The notes below the pieces were generated by a model. That model ran no database searches. It worked only from the letters and a program-made list of their open reading frames with translations, and had not been told where the DNA came from. Made by a program: the position numbers and the translations under genes. DNA of 64,000 nt, from the NCBI GenBank assembly GCA_973895155.1, contig OZ316894.1, positions 19,072,805 to 19,136,804 on the forward strand, read 5' to 3'. Numbering within the stretch: the first letter of the stretch is position 1; each line of letters starts with the position of its first letter. This document shows positions 11,725-24,773 of this stretch, piece by piece. Origin of the DNA: Marsupella aquatica. Taxonomy: Eukaryota; Plantae; Marchantiophyta.

Positions 11725-13417
11725 AAAGTAATAATGAACCAGAGTCCCCACTAACCTCTCCCCGCCCCCACCCCCTTGGCCGCCCCCCAATCTACAGAAT
11801 TCAATCTAGGGTGGAAGACTTTAGCTTGGACTTTCAGTCGAGTACTCGAGTGTGATTTGTTGGCCACATAGGCCGGTGATCAGCTTTGTGGGATGCGGAG
11901 AAACTAACAAGACGTGATATCCACCAGCCCATCATCCTCTCAATTCCAAGTTTAACTACTTCATCAAGCAAGCAAGCGTGGGCTTCAATTGGGCATGTAT
12001 GATGTGTGTGACCTGGCTGGCACCCCAAACTTTTGGATGTGGCTAAGTAGTATACGCTCATTCTTATTATTGGAGCATCTCCAAATGTTAGTGGATTTGG
12101 TGACTGGAAAGAGTAAATGCACAGTTTCACGACACCCTTTTATTCTTGTTACCTTATTAAAATAATTTAGAGTGCTTAAGAAACGGTCAACAGAATTTTG
12201 TGATGTAAATTTTAAGAGTATTTTAAGTATGTTGATGTAACCACTGATTTTCAGTATTGTATTTTCAAGTTTAGAAGTGAAACAGGAGAAGAATATTTGC
12301 TGTCGAATTATTTCCTGGAATAAAAGTAATCAAGATAGTTAGTGCAGGTCCTGCAAAAACCTTGATGGCACTAGGGTATCGTCAAGGGTATTATAAGATA
12401 ACAGTCATGGTCAAATGAAACTCAACCCCAACCCTTAGTTATTAGATAATTTCTTCCACACTAGAAATTGACTTCACACCACCATATTATCCCAATGATG
12501 AACCCAGTGGAAAGTCAAACGTCCAGTCTCTAAAACACAGGTCCACTAACCAAACAACCCAGCCCCGAAAAAAGGATAGCATAGAATGAATGGGTTGGAT
12601 ATGACTTTTGTATTTTAGTGATTGGGCTTGGTTAACAACTCAGTTACCGTAAGGTTGTCCAATAAGGGCTGGAGATGCTCTTAGCAATATGACTTAGGTG
12701 ACTTTACAAGACATGGGGCACTTGTGACTTTCCATCCAAAGGGAACTGGACGGCCACCCTAAAACTGTGATGTTTCATGACTTCATTCAGAGCAGAGTTG
12801 CAAATAAATGGTAATTGTGATTGATTCTCTTAGTTTGTGGTAAAGGAGGCTTTCTGTGAGAAAGAAAGTGTGGAGGAGGATATGCACACTTTACTATTGA
12901 CTGAGTCCCTACACTCTATCTTGATCCTTTTGATTTTTTCCTATCAGTTGTTCTTGCCCAGGGATAAAGCCTCTTAACCAAAATTACCTCCACACATCCC
13001 CTGCTCATGATTCAAAGAGAAAACAAGGGGATTGCTGGAAGCAGATTACCCAGAAGCCTGCTTGCTCTTTTAGCCTATTAACCAGATCTAGATTAATCAA
13101 ATTTGCATCTCTTAATCTGGCGCAAGATTGGGAGATCTTATGATTCAAAATTAGTGTGGCAGGCCACGATGGCTGATAAATGCTAGCTGTAGTAGGCAGT
13201 AGAACTCCCATGTAAACAACAGGAAAACAAATTTGTGTGTGGGAGGCTTGTATAATCTGGGCAAAGTGCTTGTTTCATAAGCTTTGGCATAGATTGTTGT
13301 AGATCAAAGTCACTGTTCAAACATTCTGCTACTATAGATGACATAAATAAGGCTTATTGTTTGGCGGGTTGTTTGGTACTACTGTAATAAACAAAAGCCA
13401 CTGCTATATGTTGTATG

Positions 13418-13596
13418 TGAGGGATATGCTTAGTAGACCCCCTTCTGGAAAAAGTTTGCTTAATCGACCCCCTTGATACTTTTCCCCAATCTAGACCGTT
13501 GATGGACCTTTTGATCTCAGATCTGGACTCTTGATACACCTCAGAGGGTCTATCAAGTAACAAGTTTCATTTGGGGGTCGATCAAGCAAATGCCTC
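13418..13596. mobile_element. Short MITE-like element with nested inverted repeats
   Basis: TTTGCTTAATCGACCCCC (13455) pairs with GGGGGTCGATCAAGCAAA (13573-13590) with 1 mismatch. A second related copy lies on each arm. Confidence 0.5.
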
Positions 13597-15994
13597 GTTG
13601 TATGTAGTAGCACTCAGTGGAGAATCAAAACATTTTTTGTTACCCTTCTCAACAAAGAGTTTGGTTCCATGGCCCCCTCCTCATCAGGTTGCCCTTTTGT
13701 GCTGGAAGGTCTTGCTATTGCTCCATACCATCAACATTGATGGCTTTTAATCCAATGACTGCTTTGGCTGACTTGTATAGTAAAGTCACTCAATATATAC
13801 CAACTGATAACTCAACCCCATTCCAACCTCAGCCTAAGGTCATGAGAAACTGTCATATTTTCAATGCTTGTCAACAACTAATAACATTACAAAACAGTTC
13901 CTTGTAGCCAAGCAACAATTCCCCACCCAAATGTGAATTGCACAAAGAAGCATCATAGTCCAGATACATTTTCTCACCCTTTGTTGCTTGCTTCCCCTCA
14001 ATTCTTTGTCATTAAAACATGAGGTTGGTCAAGTCTTGAGCCAACAGTCATAGTTGAAGACATGTCTTGCATGTAATTGGCTCTAAAATATTGACCCTTA
14101 AAACGCCATCAAGGCTTTCCGGGGGAAAGCCTTGAACTCTGGACCACAGGATCGTCTTGTCTTCATTTTTCATAGATTGAGAGTGGAAGGGCTGGAATGT
14201 ATGTGGACCCTGGCCTCAGATTTCCACTTAAGAAGCCATCAAGTCTGGCAGATGAGGCATTTCAGGCACAATTTTCTCTTGAGTAATTTACTGCCAGAAC
14301 ATAGGTTAGGTCTCACATACATGATGCAGGACATCTCTAGGTCTTCTTTCTTTGCCTTCTTGATAATTCAAGTGTGATCTAAAGGCTCCTATACTTGAAT
14401 GAGTGGATCCGGATATCCAAACATGAAAGTATATACACAAGGAGGAAACACAATATTTTATTTCCAGATATTTATTGATATCATAGAGGTGCTCTATTGT
14501 TGTTCTCTATGAAATCCTAGGGCTGCCCAACTTTTTGAGCATGCTTGCAAGATGGTTCCAGGCTTGAATGTGTCTATTCAAGTTTATGAAGTTTTCACAA
14601 AGCTTAGTGTGGCTTTAATGAATGTGTCCAATGAGGTGTTGAGTACAAAAACCCTAGGGGTATGGATATGGTAGACTTGCCTTCAATGATGTCAAGAAGT
14701 GACTTCAAAAGAGTCTTGCAATTGGACTCAAAAGCAGGTGTAACTAAACTTGTAGTTGCTTCTGTGTTTCTCAATGATTATTGATCTGGCTTAAATATTT
14801 TAGTAATAAATCGCAATGAGAAACTAGAGTTGGGGTCTAGGCTTATTGAGTGAAGCCTCTAGACCAGGCCCCACCAAAATTTAAGTGTATGGAAAGGACA
14901 ATGGGATGGTATGTATGATAGAATGATGATCATGCATGATTTGTCATGATCACATTCAAAGAATGGGCATTCAGACTCGTCCCCATAATCAGTAGTATGT
15001 TGCATATGCACTCAAGGAGTAGGTAGTACAGTATGGGTTTTCCATGGTGGATCCCCTGCCCCAGAACAGCCTCCTCCTAATTTGGATTTAGGAATAGATA
15101 TGGCAATGTTTGTTGGTATTACTATATCTTGCCGGGGAAGGGACTGGAAACCTCACTCTAGGCAAGGAACTGCACTACCAGATGCTAATGTTGGGCACCA
15201 ATCATTTTATACATTCATGTTTGAACACTGTCCCCCGTAATAGTCAAAATTACTAACTTGCCTACAAAAATAGATCGAAGGCGGAACCTTTCACAGGCAC
15301 AAACATCTGAAGGGAAGGACCGAAACATCCGCATGGAGTCCCCACACATGACAGTGGGTCACTTTCTGCAGGGACCGTGTTCATCTAAAATGCTTAAATA
15401 GACCATGTCACAAAAGTGAGCACTGTAGAAAATGTTTAAAACTCAAAGTATAGTTCTGTCCTAACAAATCAGTCCTATCCCAATTAACTGATTTGTATTG
15501 TGTCTCCTCAGTCCTGCTATCAACCCTTTCTTTGCCCTTTGCCCCTTGTCCAGCCTGACAGGAGCTTGTTTATTTTGTGCCTGGACCTATTTACATCCCA
15601 CTTCCTGACATCCTGCCCTCACCCTGCCCCCTGGTTGCACTGTTGACCTCGCCGCTGACTTGGACTGTGATCCCAATACACCCCCACAGTGGCCCTCTCT
15701 GGCCCCCTCTACAACTAGACTTTGGAGGACACCCTCCCCGCCTTCACGAATGCTTGGCTCTGCCTTGCCGGCCATCACCCTACAGTGTTATGAAGTTTGT
15801 TGTCAATGTCAGAACGCCATAGATCCTACCTGCCAAAAGACTTTGCATCATTCCTCCTGAAAGCAAAGAGCAGCCACACTTACCAGAAGTTTTCAAGTTG
15901 TCATTGGAATCACAAATATAATTGATGAACTCTCTATATACTTGCCCCTCTAAAATTTGTTACTGAAAACTAGGCCAATACCTGAGTGTTGCAC

Positions 15995-16280
15995 AAAAGA
16001 TGTTGAGGTGAGAAAAGATGTTGAAGTGAAGAAAAGATGTTGAGATGAAAAAAGTTTTCATGAGAGAAAAAGTTGTCAAGGTGAGGAAAAGAAGTGGAGT
16101 AGAGAAAACATGGCGAGGTGGGAGATGAGGAACAGGTGTTGAGAAAATCTGCGGCGAGGTGAGACAAAGATGCAAAGATGAGGAAAAGATGTTCAAGAGA
16201 GAAAATATGTTAAGGAGAGATAAATATGTCAAGATTAGAAAAATATGTCAAGAAGAGAAAAGATGTCAAGGTGAGACAAA
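15995..16280. repeat. Purine-rich degenerate minisatellite, ~18-20 bp unit
   Basis: AAAAGATGTTGAGGTGAG-like units are repeated more than 10 times. Confidence 0.75.
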
Positions 16281-18970
16281 AAAATTATATATATAACTGA
16301 TTTGCAATGTAGTTCTTGAGGCATGTTATGTGTGATCTTAACCATGTTGATGTTGTGTCGTATTCAATAACCCTTGCGTTGCACATAGACAATGGAGACC
16401 CAACATAACGGTCACCGTATCATAGAGTCCAAACACAATCAACTGACAGGAACAAATATGGTATTTTTCATTTAAATTTTTTTAGAGAAATGAATAGTTT
16501 GTATATTTTGCTATATTCAATAGTTTTTTAAAAAATCAATTGTTTAAAATTCAAATATTTTAAATATAAATGAACTTAATTAATTTTGACCTCATTATTT
16601 TTATCTCAGGCAGGTGAAGGCATGCGGCAGCTTGGGTAGACATTTATTTTAGATGGAGTATATGGATAGATCTGATGGTGTAAAAAAACAATATTTTGAT
16701 GAATGGTCATGATTGGTTCATGTTTTTTCTTCTTGCTTGGTAAATAGTCCACTTCAAACATAATTCACTTTTGACTCATTCCTTCCATTTTTTCAGGTTT
16801 TATTTCACTCAAAAAAGCATGTTAAATTTGAATGATGACCACTGCATTTTCTGGCACAACCTTGTATTATAACTTTTGATTCTTGAAACTCAAATTTTTT
16901 GTCGCTCAAACTACTCAAATATTGCATTGTATGTTAAAGTAAGGTGTATATTGGACACCCGTGGAAGCTCCACCAGCCTGTTTGACCTAATTTGAACGCA
17001 TATCAAGTATTTCTTTCACTCAAGAGGAATGAAAACTTACCACTTGTACGTTTTGAATGACTTTGATACTTAATAAAGATGTTAAACTACCAAAATCTTC
17101 TCATATTGCAAAATCTGAGCTCAAACAGCTGTCATGGAAAGCTATTCAATTGGAAAAAGGTACTCCATAGGGACTTCAAAGTGCATAATCTGGTATTTGG
17201 TCAAGCATAGCCCTATGATAATGATGTTTCAGTTGTCCAACCTCATATTTTGCTTACTCTCCAACAAATACTCCATTGCAACCAGCTTACTTTCCTTCCT
17301 AAGACTTCCCACCTAAGTCTTCCCTTTTCTCCATAACCTTCTAAAAACTTTTGAAAGATTGAAAGTGGCGCAGGTCTTTACAGCTGCAATGAAAGGTACC
17401 ATTTGATGCCACGTGAGGTTACACCTAAAGCAAAATTGATCCAAGCAGATCACTCAATTAGTTTGTGGACCCTGACTACTGCCAATTAGTTCGCAGCTTA
17501 GAAGAAATCTTGTTGAACATTTTGACCTCCGATGCTCTCTAATTGGACAACCCAGAAAGTGATCCCATCAAAAATTCCACCCATCCACGCAACAGCAGCA
17601 GCTCACTCGGATTCCAGAACATAGCCTACATCAAGACTGATTCTATGTAACCTCCATCTCCACTCCTTTTCTCCACTGGCTGCCTCGATACGCTAATGAC
17701 ACCAGATTGACCACTGACCAGACCACGATGCTCTGACTGAATTCTACTTGATCGGGCTCTACACAGTGTCTGTCTTCTCTCTCTCCCTCTCAATCAATCT
17801 CTCAATCATTGTCTAATTATGAACACAACCCAAACATTCCAATACAAGAATGTCATTTCGCAATTCTTTTTTTTCATTCCTTCAAATATTTTATTGTCCG
17901 TAACTTAAAAGTTTGAGTCCAAATGGCCCTCAACCCATTTCTCAAACTTATAAGAACCAAATGGGTTGAGGGCCCATGATCTCGTTGGTAATGAAAAAAT
18001 CTGCCAATGTTAGATTCATTCTCAATGTTATGATTTTCTAAAATGCCTCTCAAGTGTTTAGCACAAAAGGTTCATTGAGAGAAGAGTGAGATCATGATTT
18101 TCCGAATTTCTGTTGGTTTTGAATGAGCATCACATTGGTACATTGTAATTAGGTGATTATTCCAAAAAAGAGAGTTAAAGTATCAAAATCATAAATTTTA
18201 AAAAAATTTAAGTTTTTTATAAGATCCTTGAAGCAAAATTAAGTTAGTATAAGCTCAAATGGGTAAGGATATCATTGGAAGACGTCAAGGCCACTCTGGT
18301 TTTCACATATTAGACGTAAAGACGGCAAGAAGTTGAAAGGAGCTTAAAAAATGAGGTGACGGCCTGGACGGCCTCCTCACAAAGACGGCGCCGGCTTGGA
18401 CGGCTTCTACACAGGGACGGCCGGGACGGCACCCATTTTTTGCCAAGGACAGCCGACTCCTTCCGCGCCGGCCCGCATAAAAAACTTGAGGACGTCTTGG
18501 ACGGCCTCCACGTAGGGACGTCCGGGACGTCCACCCCGCCACAACCTAATGTGACGTTCGCGCCGGCCCAAACCTTTTTCTCCATTTTTCTTTGAGGGAC
18601 GTCCATGGCGGCCGGCAGTAGGGCGAGAGCTTCGACCCTCAGTGCTCACTCGATAGACCACCATTCGAGCTCATTTCAACTGCTATAGGAGCGCAGCTGC
18701 CTAGAGAATGTTCACCCCGATTCTGAACTGCCATTGATGAGACATTGAGGAGTATTGGCTCATCAATGCTCTCTGATTTCTTGGAATTGAAGAAATTGCA
18801 ATTTCGAGAGCTTCGCCTGATCAGAGCTCCTTCATTTATATCTCTTTTCAGTTCATTCCTTCTCCCATAGTAGCGCAGCTACCTTAGATCCCTGAGATTT
18901 CATTCTTGAGCCTCCATGCTTAACCGTTTTTAGGAGGAGAGCTCTAGAGCCTTTTCAGATTTTTGGAGCT

Positions 18971-20844
18971 ATGGCCACCAGAAGCTTACCAATTAGTAAG
19001 GCCATCAGGGTGACCTTACCTCCAGGTCCTAAGGCTTACTTTAGACTCCTTAGTAACCTGGTAGAGATGGGCTTGAGTTCCTTACTTTTTCTTCCTTGGG
19101 ATATAGTGCATGGGTCCATCATTGCCGATTTTCTTCGTCCACCCCGAGCTGGCGCTTTTCGGAGTTCTACTAGAGGTTCAGCTGATGTGTGTACCACCGC
19201 CGTTGTTTCTGAGGTGTACCAGTTGAGCTAGGAGGGAGAGAGACTTATCTCTGTTGGAGAGGACTTGACTGTCCTTTATTTTAGAGGTACCAGGGACCGA
19301 AGGTCTGGTTGGAAGATTGATCAGTGCAGGAACCGGGAGTTAGCTCATCTACTCCGATTCCTTGTACCTATCTTTCATCCGACCAAACCCACCAGGGCTA
19401 TGGTTTACTTGACCAGCTCTATCATCGTATCATGGACCGGCAAGAGGAGGATCAACTGGGCCTTAGCTCTTTTGGAGGTAATCGCCAAGCAGGTGGTTGT
19501 CTTGTCTACTACCGGTGATACCTATCTGACACCCTACTTGGCGCACATTTACTTTTTGAGAGGCTGCTTATTACCAGTGGAGCTGAGCGATTGGAGGAGG
19601 AGAGCGAGACACTTTGAGTTACCTCAGCCAGAGTTAGCGAGAGAGTTGACTCCACCACCGACGACATCTCCGAGACCCCCTCCAGTGGAGCAGACAACAG
19701 CACCAGATTTATCAGGGATGACTTCTCCCTCTTTCGTTGCTTCCACTTCTTATCCGTCATGGACTGATTTTGTTGCTGAAGGTGAGCAACTAGCTAGTGT
19801 GACTGGTTTCAACCAGCATTTGGTAGATGAGGCCACTAGACTCTTGAGTTGTACCCCTCTACAGTTGCTTGACTATATTCGTGCTTTGCTTTCCGAGTCT
19901 CGTACCATCCCACCCCCTCATGTTTCACCCCTTGCACCTTCACCACAGCCTGATCACCCTATGGATGTGAATGAGCCGGAGCTACCTATTGCTGACCCTT
20001 CACTCCCTCCTCCATCCTCACCTACACCCCCTCTACCTGATCCCATTCTTTCCCCTATTCTCGATTCCCCTATCCCTTTCCTACATTTTTACCTGAGCAC
20101 CCTCCATCTCCTACCCCTGAGCCTTTACCCTCTTCACCGGTACCCCCTCCAGATCCATTTTCCTCTATTGAGGATACCACCCTATCACCCCTTGATGATT
20201 CATTTCCCTCTCCTACCATGGAAGGAGATGAACCTATTCCTGAGCCTATTCCCGAGACTGAGCCTGAGCCTGAGCCTGAGACTATAGAGCCTCCCAGTGT
20301 ACCATTTATAGCTCCTACTCCTTTGATGTCTTAGCCTCCTATTGTCTCTTCTGTTGCCGACATTGAGCCTCTTTTTGTCTTTCCCGCCCAATTTGATAGG
20401 ATGATTACGTCACTCATCGACGCACGCACTCCCCTTGCACCTCCTTTACCTCCACTTATGTTTGGTCGTGAGTCTTTTCCTTTTCCACACACCTACGACA
20501 TGGTTCCAATTTCTCGTGGTATTCTATGGCTACCTATCGACAAGCTGAGATTACCCACGATTGAGACCCCTGACCTTTGGAGTTGGGTTTATCATTGTAG
20601 AAAGGTCATAGCACCTTTCCCTCTTCCAGCTCCAGACATTCCATGGCCATCAGATTACTTTGTTTGGATCGGACCGGATGGACATCCCATCCGAAAGACC
20701 AGTGAGCCTTGTTTGATTCGTTACCGTGAGGACCTTTTCTGTCGACAATATTTGAAGGGACAGAGGACCAAAGGGAAGATAGCCCTTGGTTATGTAGCTT
20801 GCCTCCCTCTACTTGTAGTCGACCCTCCTCCTATTACAGTATGA
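18971..20844 (+). pseudogene. Disrupted accessory (non gag-pol) ORF of a bryophyte-type Ty3/gypsy LTR retrotransposon, with a Pro/Glu-rich tail
   Basis: ORFs at 18971 and 19265 are in the same frame, separated by one TAG at 19229-19231. A frameshift near 20080 leads into a PEPIPEPEPE-coding tract. The motif string LPW..GWKIDQCRNRELAHLLRFLVPIFHPTKPTR..INWA..YLTPYLAHIY resembles TE-associated ORFs I recall from moss and liverwort genomes (not searched). Confidence 0.65.
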
Positions 20845-21927
20845 GATTAGTATTTTATTTTGTAGTCTTTTACTTAGCTTTGACCATTTGACTATCCCTT
20901 AGTCAAAGTTGACTTTTACTTTACTTAGTTTAGACTTAGGAAATGAAGAGGCATGTCTCTTCATTCTCCTTAGCCCGTGGGCGATCTCATGTACTTATTG
21001 TGATACCAGTCTCATTTTGAGATAGTGTGGATAGTTATTTGCATCTCCTCATCTTGGAGTTTTGTCCCTTGTACGTGTAATGCAATTTTGCAAGGAAGAT
21101 TTGCATACCTTGGAATTTGATTACTTGTGCTAGGAGTCTACCCCTCCTTCGTATGGTAATGCATGTTGCAATTACCGTAAGAAGTAAAACCCATAAAAAT
21201 ACAGTTTGTGGAATGTATTAGAAGATCCGTTGGTCGGTGCCTAATCCAAACTACAACATTTGTTGTCCATTTATGTATTTACATGAAGGACTTATCTTTG
21301 GAAGATAGGTATTGCATGAAATCAAGGAATAGAAATCTATATGATTAAGAAGTAGCGACATTCTTAATTCACGGATTTGAAGTACCATTGTGGTATACTG
21401 AATGTGCATTAGTTTTCCTTTGGAATTGCGCATCGCTGAAGAAGGAAACATGTTGCCGGCATTTTAATGACACACTACTATACACACAATCCGAAACTTA
21501 TCTTGGGTTTTGTGAGCATAGACACTTCTTAAACTTAGATTTATGATAGAAACCTAGAGAGCAGTTATAGCAAGGTTATATTTGACTTATCAACGTCTCA
21601 AATAATGCCATAGCTCTTTCTTAAGACATGGTGATGGAGTTAAATATTGCTAAACTATACCTCTAAAAGCTCTAAGATTCTATTATCCAGCAAATGTCAC
21701 TTTGTTCTTATTTTATTAATTCCTTGTGTTTTGTTTAAGATTCTATTTTTCTTATAGATGTTGAGTACCATCTCTAAACCACTCAAAATACTTTAAAACA
21801 TCTTTTCATCCCATTCTTGTTCTTCCACGGGAACGAACATCGAGTTTTTAGCATATAGTCGATGATATTTGCTTTTGTTAGCATACGACATACATTGTCA
21901 TGGAATAACCTTGCTTAGTCTAATCAG

Positions 21928-22226
21928 TGTTAGGGCTTAATGGTGGGTTAGATGCAACTAGGCTTGCCTAGCATATAGAGGAGCAAGGGAGAGCTCCTTG
22001 GTGAGACTCATACTCATTTGTGGAGGAGCAAGCTAAGAGCTAGGCTGGCAATGGGAGCTTGTACTTAGAGGCTTGATGTGGTTAGGGTGACAAAAGCGGG
22101 GACAAAATTTTAGTAAGGCTCTTGTATTCCCATGGACGTAGCCTTGACATAGGTGAAACAGTTATTCATGGGTGTGATGTGTGCCTTCTTGTTTCTCGTG
22201 TATGACGTTGCAGGGAATTCTCAACA
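21928..22226 (+). mobile_element. LTR-like fragment (possible solo LTR remnant)
   Basis: TGTTAG...CAACA ends and the plant LTR-type motif CCATGGACGTAGCC..AGGTGAA at ~22129-22157. No matching target-site duplication, so the boundaries are uncertain. Confidence 0.4.
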
Positions 22227-22386
22227 TACACTTTCCAATGTGTGCATTAGAAATTGCTTATTTCTCATATGTGTTGTGAGGTCACACACATTGTACTATT
22301 CATAACAGTGAGGCCTGAGCCCTCATAGTACAAGATTCAACTGGACAAGTTCATGGAAAAACTATGTGTGATTGTCTATTGCAATT

Positions 22387-23135
22387 ATCTATGAACAGCT
22401 TTTTACTATCCTGTACCCCAAACTGACCTAAATTACTAACATACCCGCAAAAATATTTTAATTGTTAGGTTGGCCCCCATATTGTATATATGATTACTTT
22501 CAATGTTTTAGCTAACCCTAGGTGATTATTCATTGGTGGATTGACACATGGCGAGGCGCTATTGGCTCCACCCTACCCTGGCCGAGTTTACCCTCACCCG
22601 GCTAGCTCTTTCCCAAATTATGAACAAGCCCTGCACCAAACAGGGCTGGCCCCTCTCCCTTGCAAGTTTCAATCCCAACCCTGGCAACCTGGCTGGCTGC
22701 GTGCTCAAAAACAGGGTCCCACACTCCACAAGGGCCTGATGATCCTCGGGTCCCAATGATCCACCCTACTCTCACTTCTATATGCGAACGAGGCCCCAAA
22801 AGTATACATATTTTCCAAGTGTAAACGAACCCACATTTGGGTCTACCGATTGAATCGAGCTGGGTCATCGGAGGTCATGCCAGCCATGTTCGGTGTAGGG
22901 CTTGTTCAAAAAATGGGAAAGAGCCAGCCGGGTGAGGGTAAACTCAATCAGGGTAAGGTAGAGCCAATAGCACCTTGTCATGTGTCAATCCACCAATGAG
23001 AAATCAGCTGGGGTTAACTAAAACAGTGAAAGTAATATACAGAATGGAGGGCAACCTAGCAATTAAAATAATTTTGTGGGTAAGTTAATAATTTAGTTCA
23101 CTTTGAGGGACACGATAGTAAAAAGTTGTATAGAT
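22387..23135. mobile_element. Foldback / MULE-like non-autonomous element with ~260-bp terminal inverted repeats
   Basis: The left arm (22387-22650) is the diverged reverse complement of the right arm (22879-23135). Examples: CATTGGTGGATTGACACATG / CATGTGTCAATCCACCAATG and GAGTTTACCCTCACCCGGCT / AGCCGGGTGAGGGTAAACTC. The unique core is ~230 bp. Confidence 0.85.
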
Positions 23136-23537
23136 GAATGGTTTTTATGTATAAGTTGAAGTAACTGACAAACATATTTGTACACTTATAGAACAAATTG
23201 CACCTATGTATCTGTTGTTTAGCAACGTCATTCGGACTATGCAAATTGCATTCTTTGGGAGCATTTTACAAAAGCAATTGCGGTAATCTTAGAAGACACT
23301 TTATTTACCTTTTCCAAGCAATAAAACAAAATGAATACTGTACTAAGCTGTACCATATGATTCCCATCCCAAATTCCACAGAGTTACACGAGTGAGAACA
23401 CATGTCAAACCTTGTAGCATACTTTACTAATGTCCTTACCCATATGATGCCCGTCCCACACATTCCACAGGGTATATGGGAATGATAGTAGCATATTTTG
23501 AACCTGGTACTGTTGACCTTCCATACAATACCTGAGG

Positions 23538-23725
23538 AGCAAGCTGTCTGCCCATAACATACCATGACCACAAGAGGGGCACATAGCAGATATTTGTTTT
23601 GTGGCAAATATTATCAAAATTCCAGCTCGTTGCAAGCTGTCTGCACATATTTCACCATGACCACAGGAGAGGCACGTAAGCAGATTTTTTTTATAGTAGC
23701 AAAAATTATCGAAGCTCGTTGAAAA
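23538..23725. repeat. Diverged tandem duplication, ~95 bp x2
   Basis: GCAAGCTGTCTGC.CATA..ACCATGACCACA.GAG.GGCAC..AGCAGAT..AGCTCGTTG occurs twice. Confidence 0.7.
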
Positions 23726-23900
23726 GTCTTTGCCAATTTCAGTAAAACCAAATAAGCCAATACCCACACACCTCCATTGGCTTGAATGAGACTGCTATTC
23801 TAGGGAGCTGAACAGTCAGAAATTGATCCAAAACTTGATAAAGAATAACTTTAGCATCTTCTCCAATACACAAAGTGACATTGGGCAAATTGTCTAAAAA

Positions 23901-23951
23901 GAATTGTACCTGGCTTTCTCTGTGCTAAAAAGAGAAAGTCAGGTACAATTC
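23901..23951. other. Hairpin with a 21-bp stem and 9-nt loop
   Basis: GAATTGTACCTGGCTTTCTCT / AGAGAAAGTCAGGTACAATTC, with a single G-T mispair. Confidence 0.85.
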
Positions 23952-23983
23952 AACAATAGGGGCAACACATATGAAAACACTAG

Positions 23984-24018
23984 AAAATGGATTGAAGGAT
24001 AATGATGACTATATTTTA
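23984..24018 (+). repeat. 35-bp direct repeat, left copy (candidate target-site duplication)
   Basis: AAAATGGATTGAAGGATAATGATGACTATATTTTA, identical to 25125-25159. Confidence 0.92.
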
Positions 24019-24166
24019 CACAGAAACACATGCAAACTTTTGACATAAAGGCCAAATAGAGTACAAAAGAACAAACAAAAGAGATCTAAAGACTAAAAAA
24101 ACCAAACTCAAAAGAAGTGTGCAAGGGAAACCCTTAAAACCTAGAAAGAGGAAACAAAACTGACAA

Positions 24167-24773
24167 TGTGACTGGGAAGGGGGGAATGGGTTTGCGGATG
24201 CGGGGCTCACCTCTTGTGTGTCCTTCAGCTCTCAAAGGGAGTGCTGCCGGTCACAGATCGGCGCCACTGCCTGCGGGACTTGTGTCAAATATAGGGAAGC
24301 TGGAAGGGGTTGCCTGAAAAGTGTGTGCATCAGGAGGGGGACGTCCCACACTCGGCTCTTGAGGTGGGGCCTGGGCAGAGCCTCCCCTTGCCGCCAACCA
24401 TCCGGCCACACCATGCCAGGGAAGCCTGGTGCTGGAGCGCCGCGGAGGCAAAGCGGTTGTTTGATCCAAACTCTCAAAGTTTTCCTCCCTGGTTGCTGGT
24501 TGGTGGGGGAAACCCCTCTCTTCCTGCACCAGGGAGTGGAGATGTGTCGCAGGTGCTGTTGGGGCCTTGAGGCGCAGCTCCCCCCCCCCCGGAGGGGGGG
24601 GGGGTTGGTGGCTGGCTCCCCCTTCCCATGGAGAAACAGCCGAGGGCCCAGGGACACCCGTCCTCGAACCTGGTCAGCACTTACCTGTGAACTACCGCAC
24701 TCCTGCAAGGGGGGGGGGGGCAAGGCTCTGGCAGCCCAGCATGAGGGTTCCTGTCGTCGGGGCAAAGGATAGT
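24167..24773 (+). other. Probable 5' external transcribed spacer (5'ETS) of rDNA, dispersed copy
   Basis: GC-rich, structured block (C-run/G-run hairpin at ~24579-24604) directly abutting the 18S 5' end (..GGATAGT|TACCTGG). The left boundary is taken from the composition shift. Confidence 0.7.

Noticed and set aside
13600-14800. Possible decayed coding sequence
   Set aside because: It has multiple stops in all frames examined and no recognisable motif, so it cannot be supported by eye.
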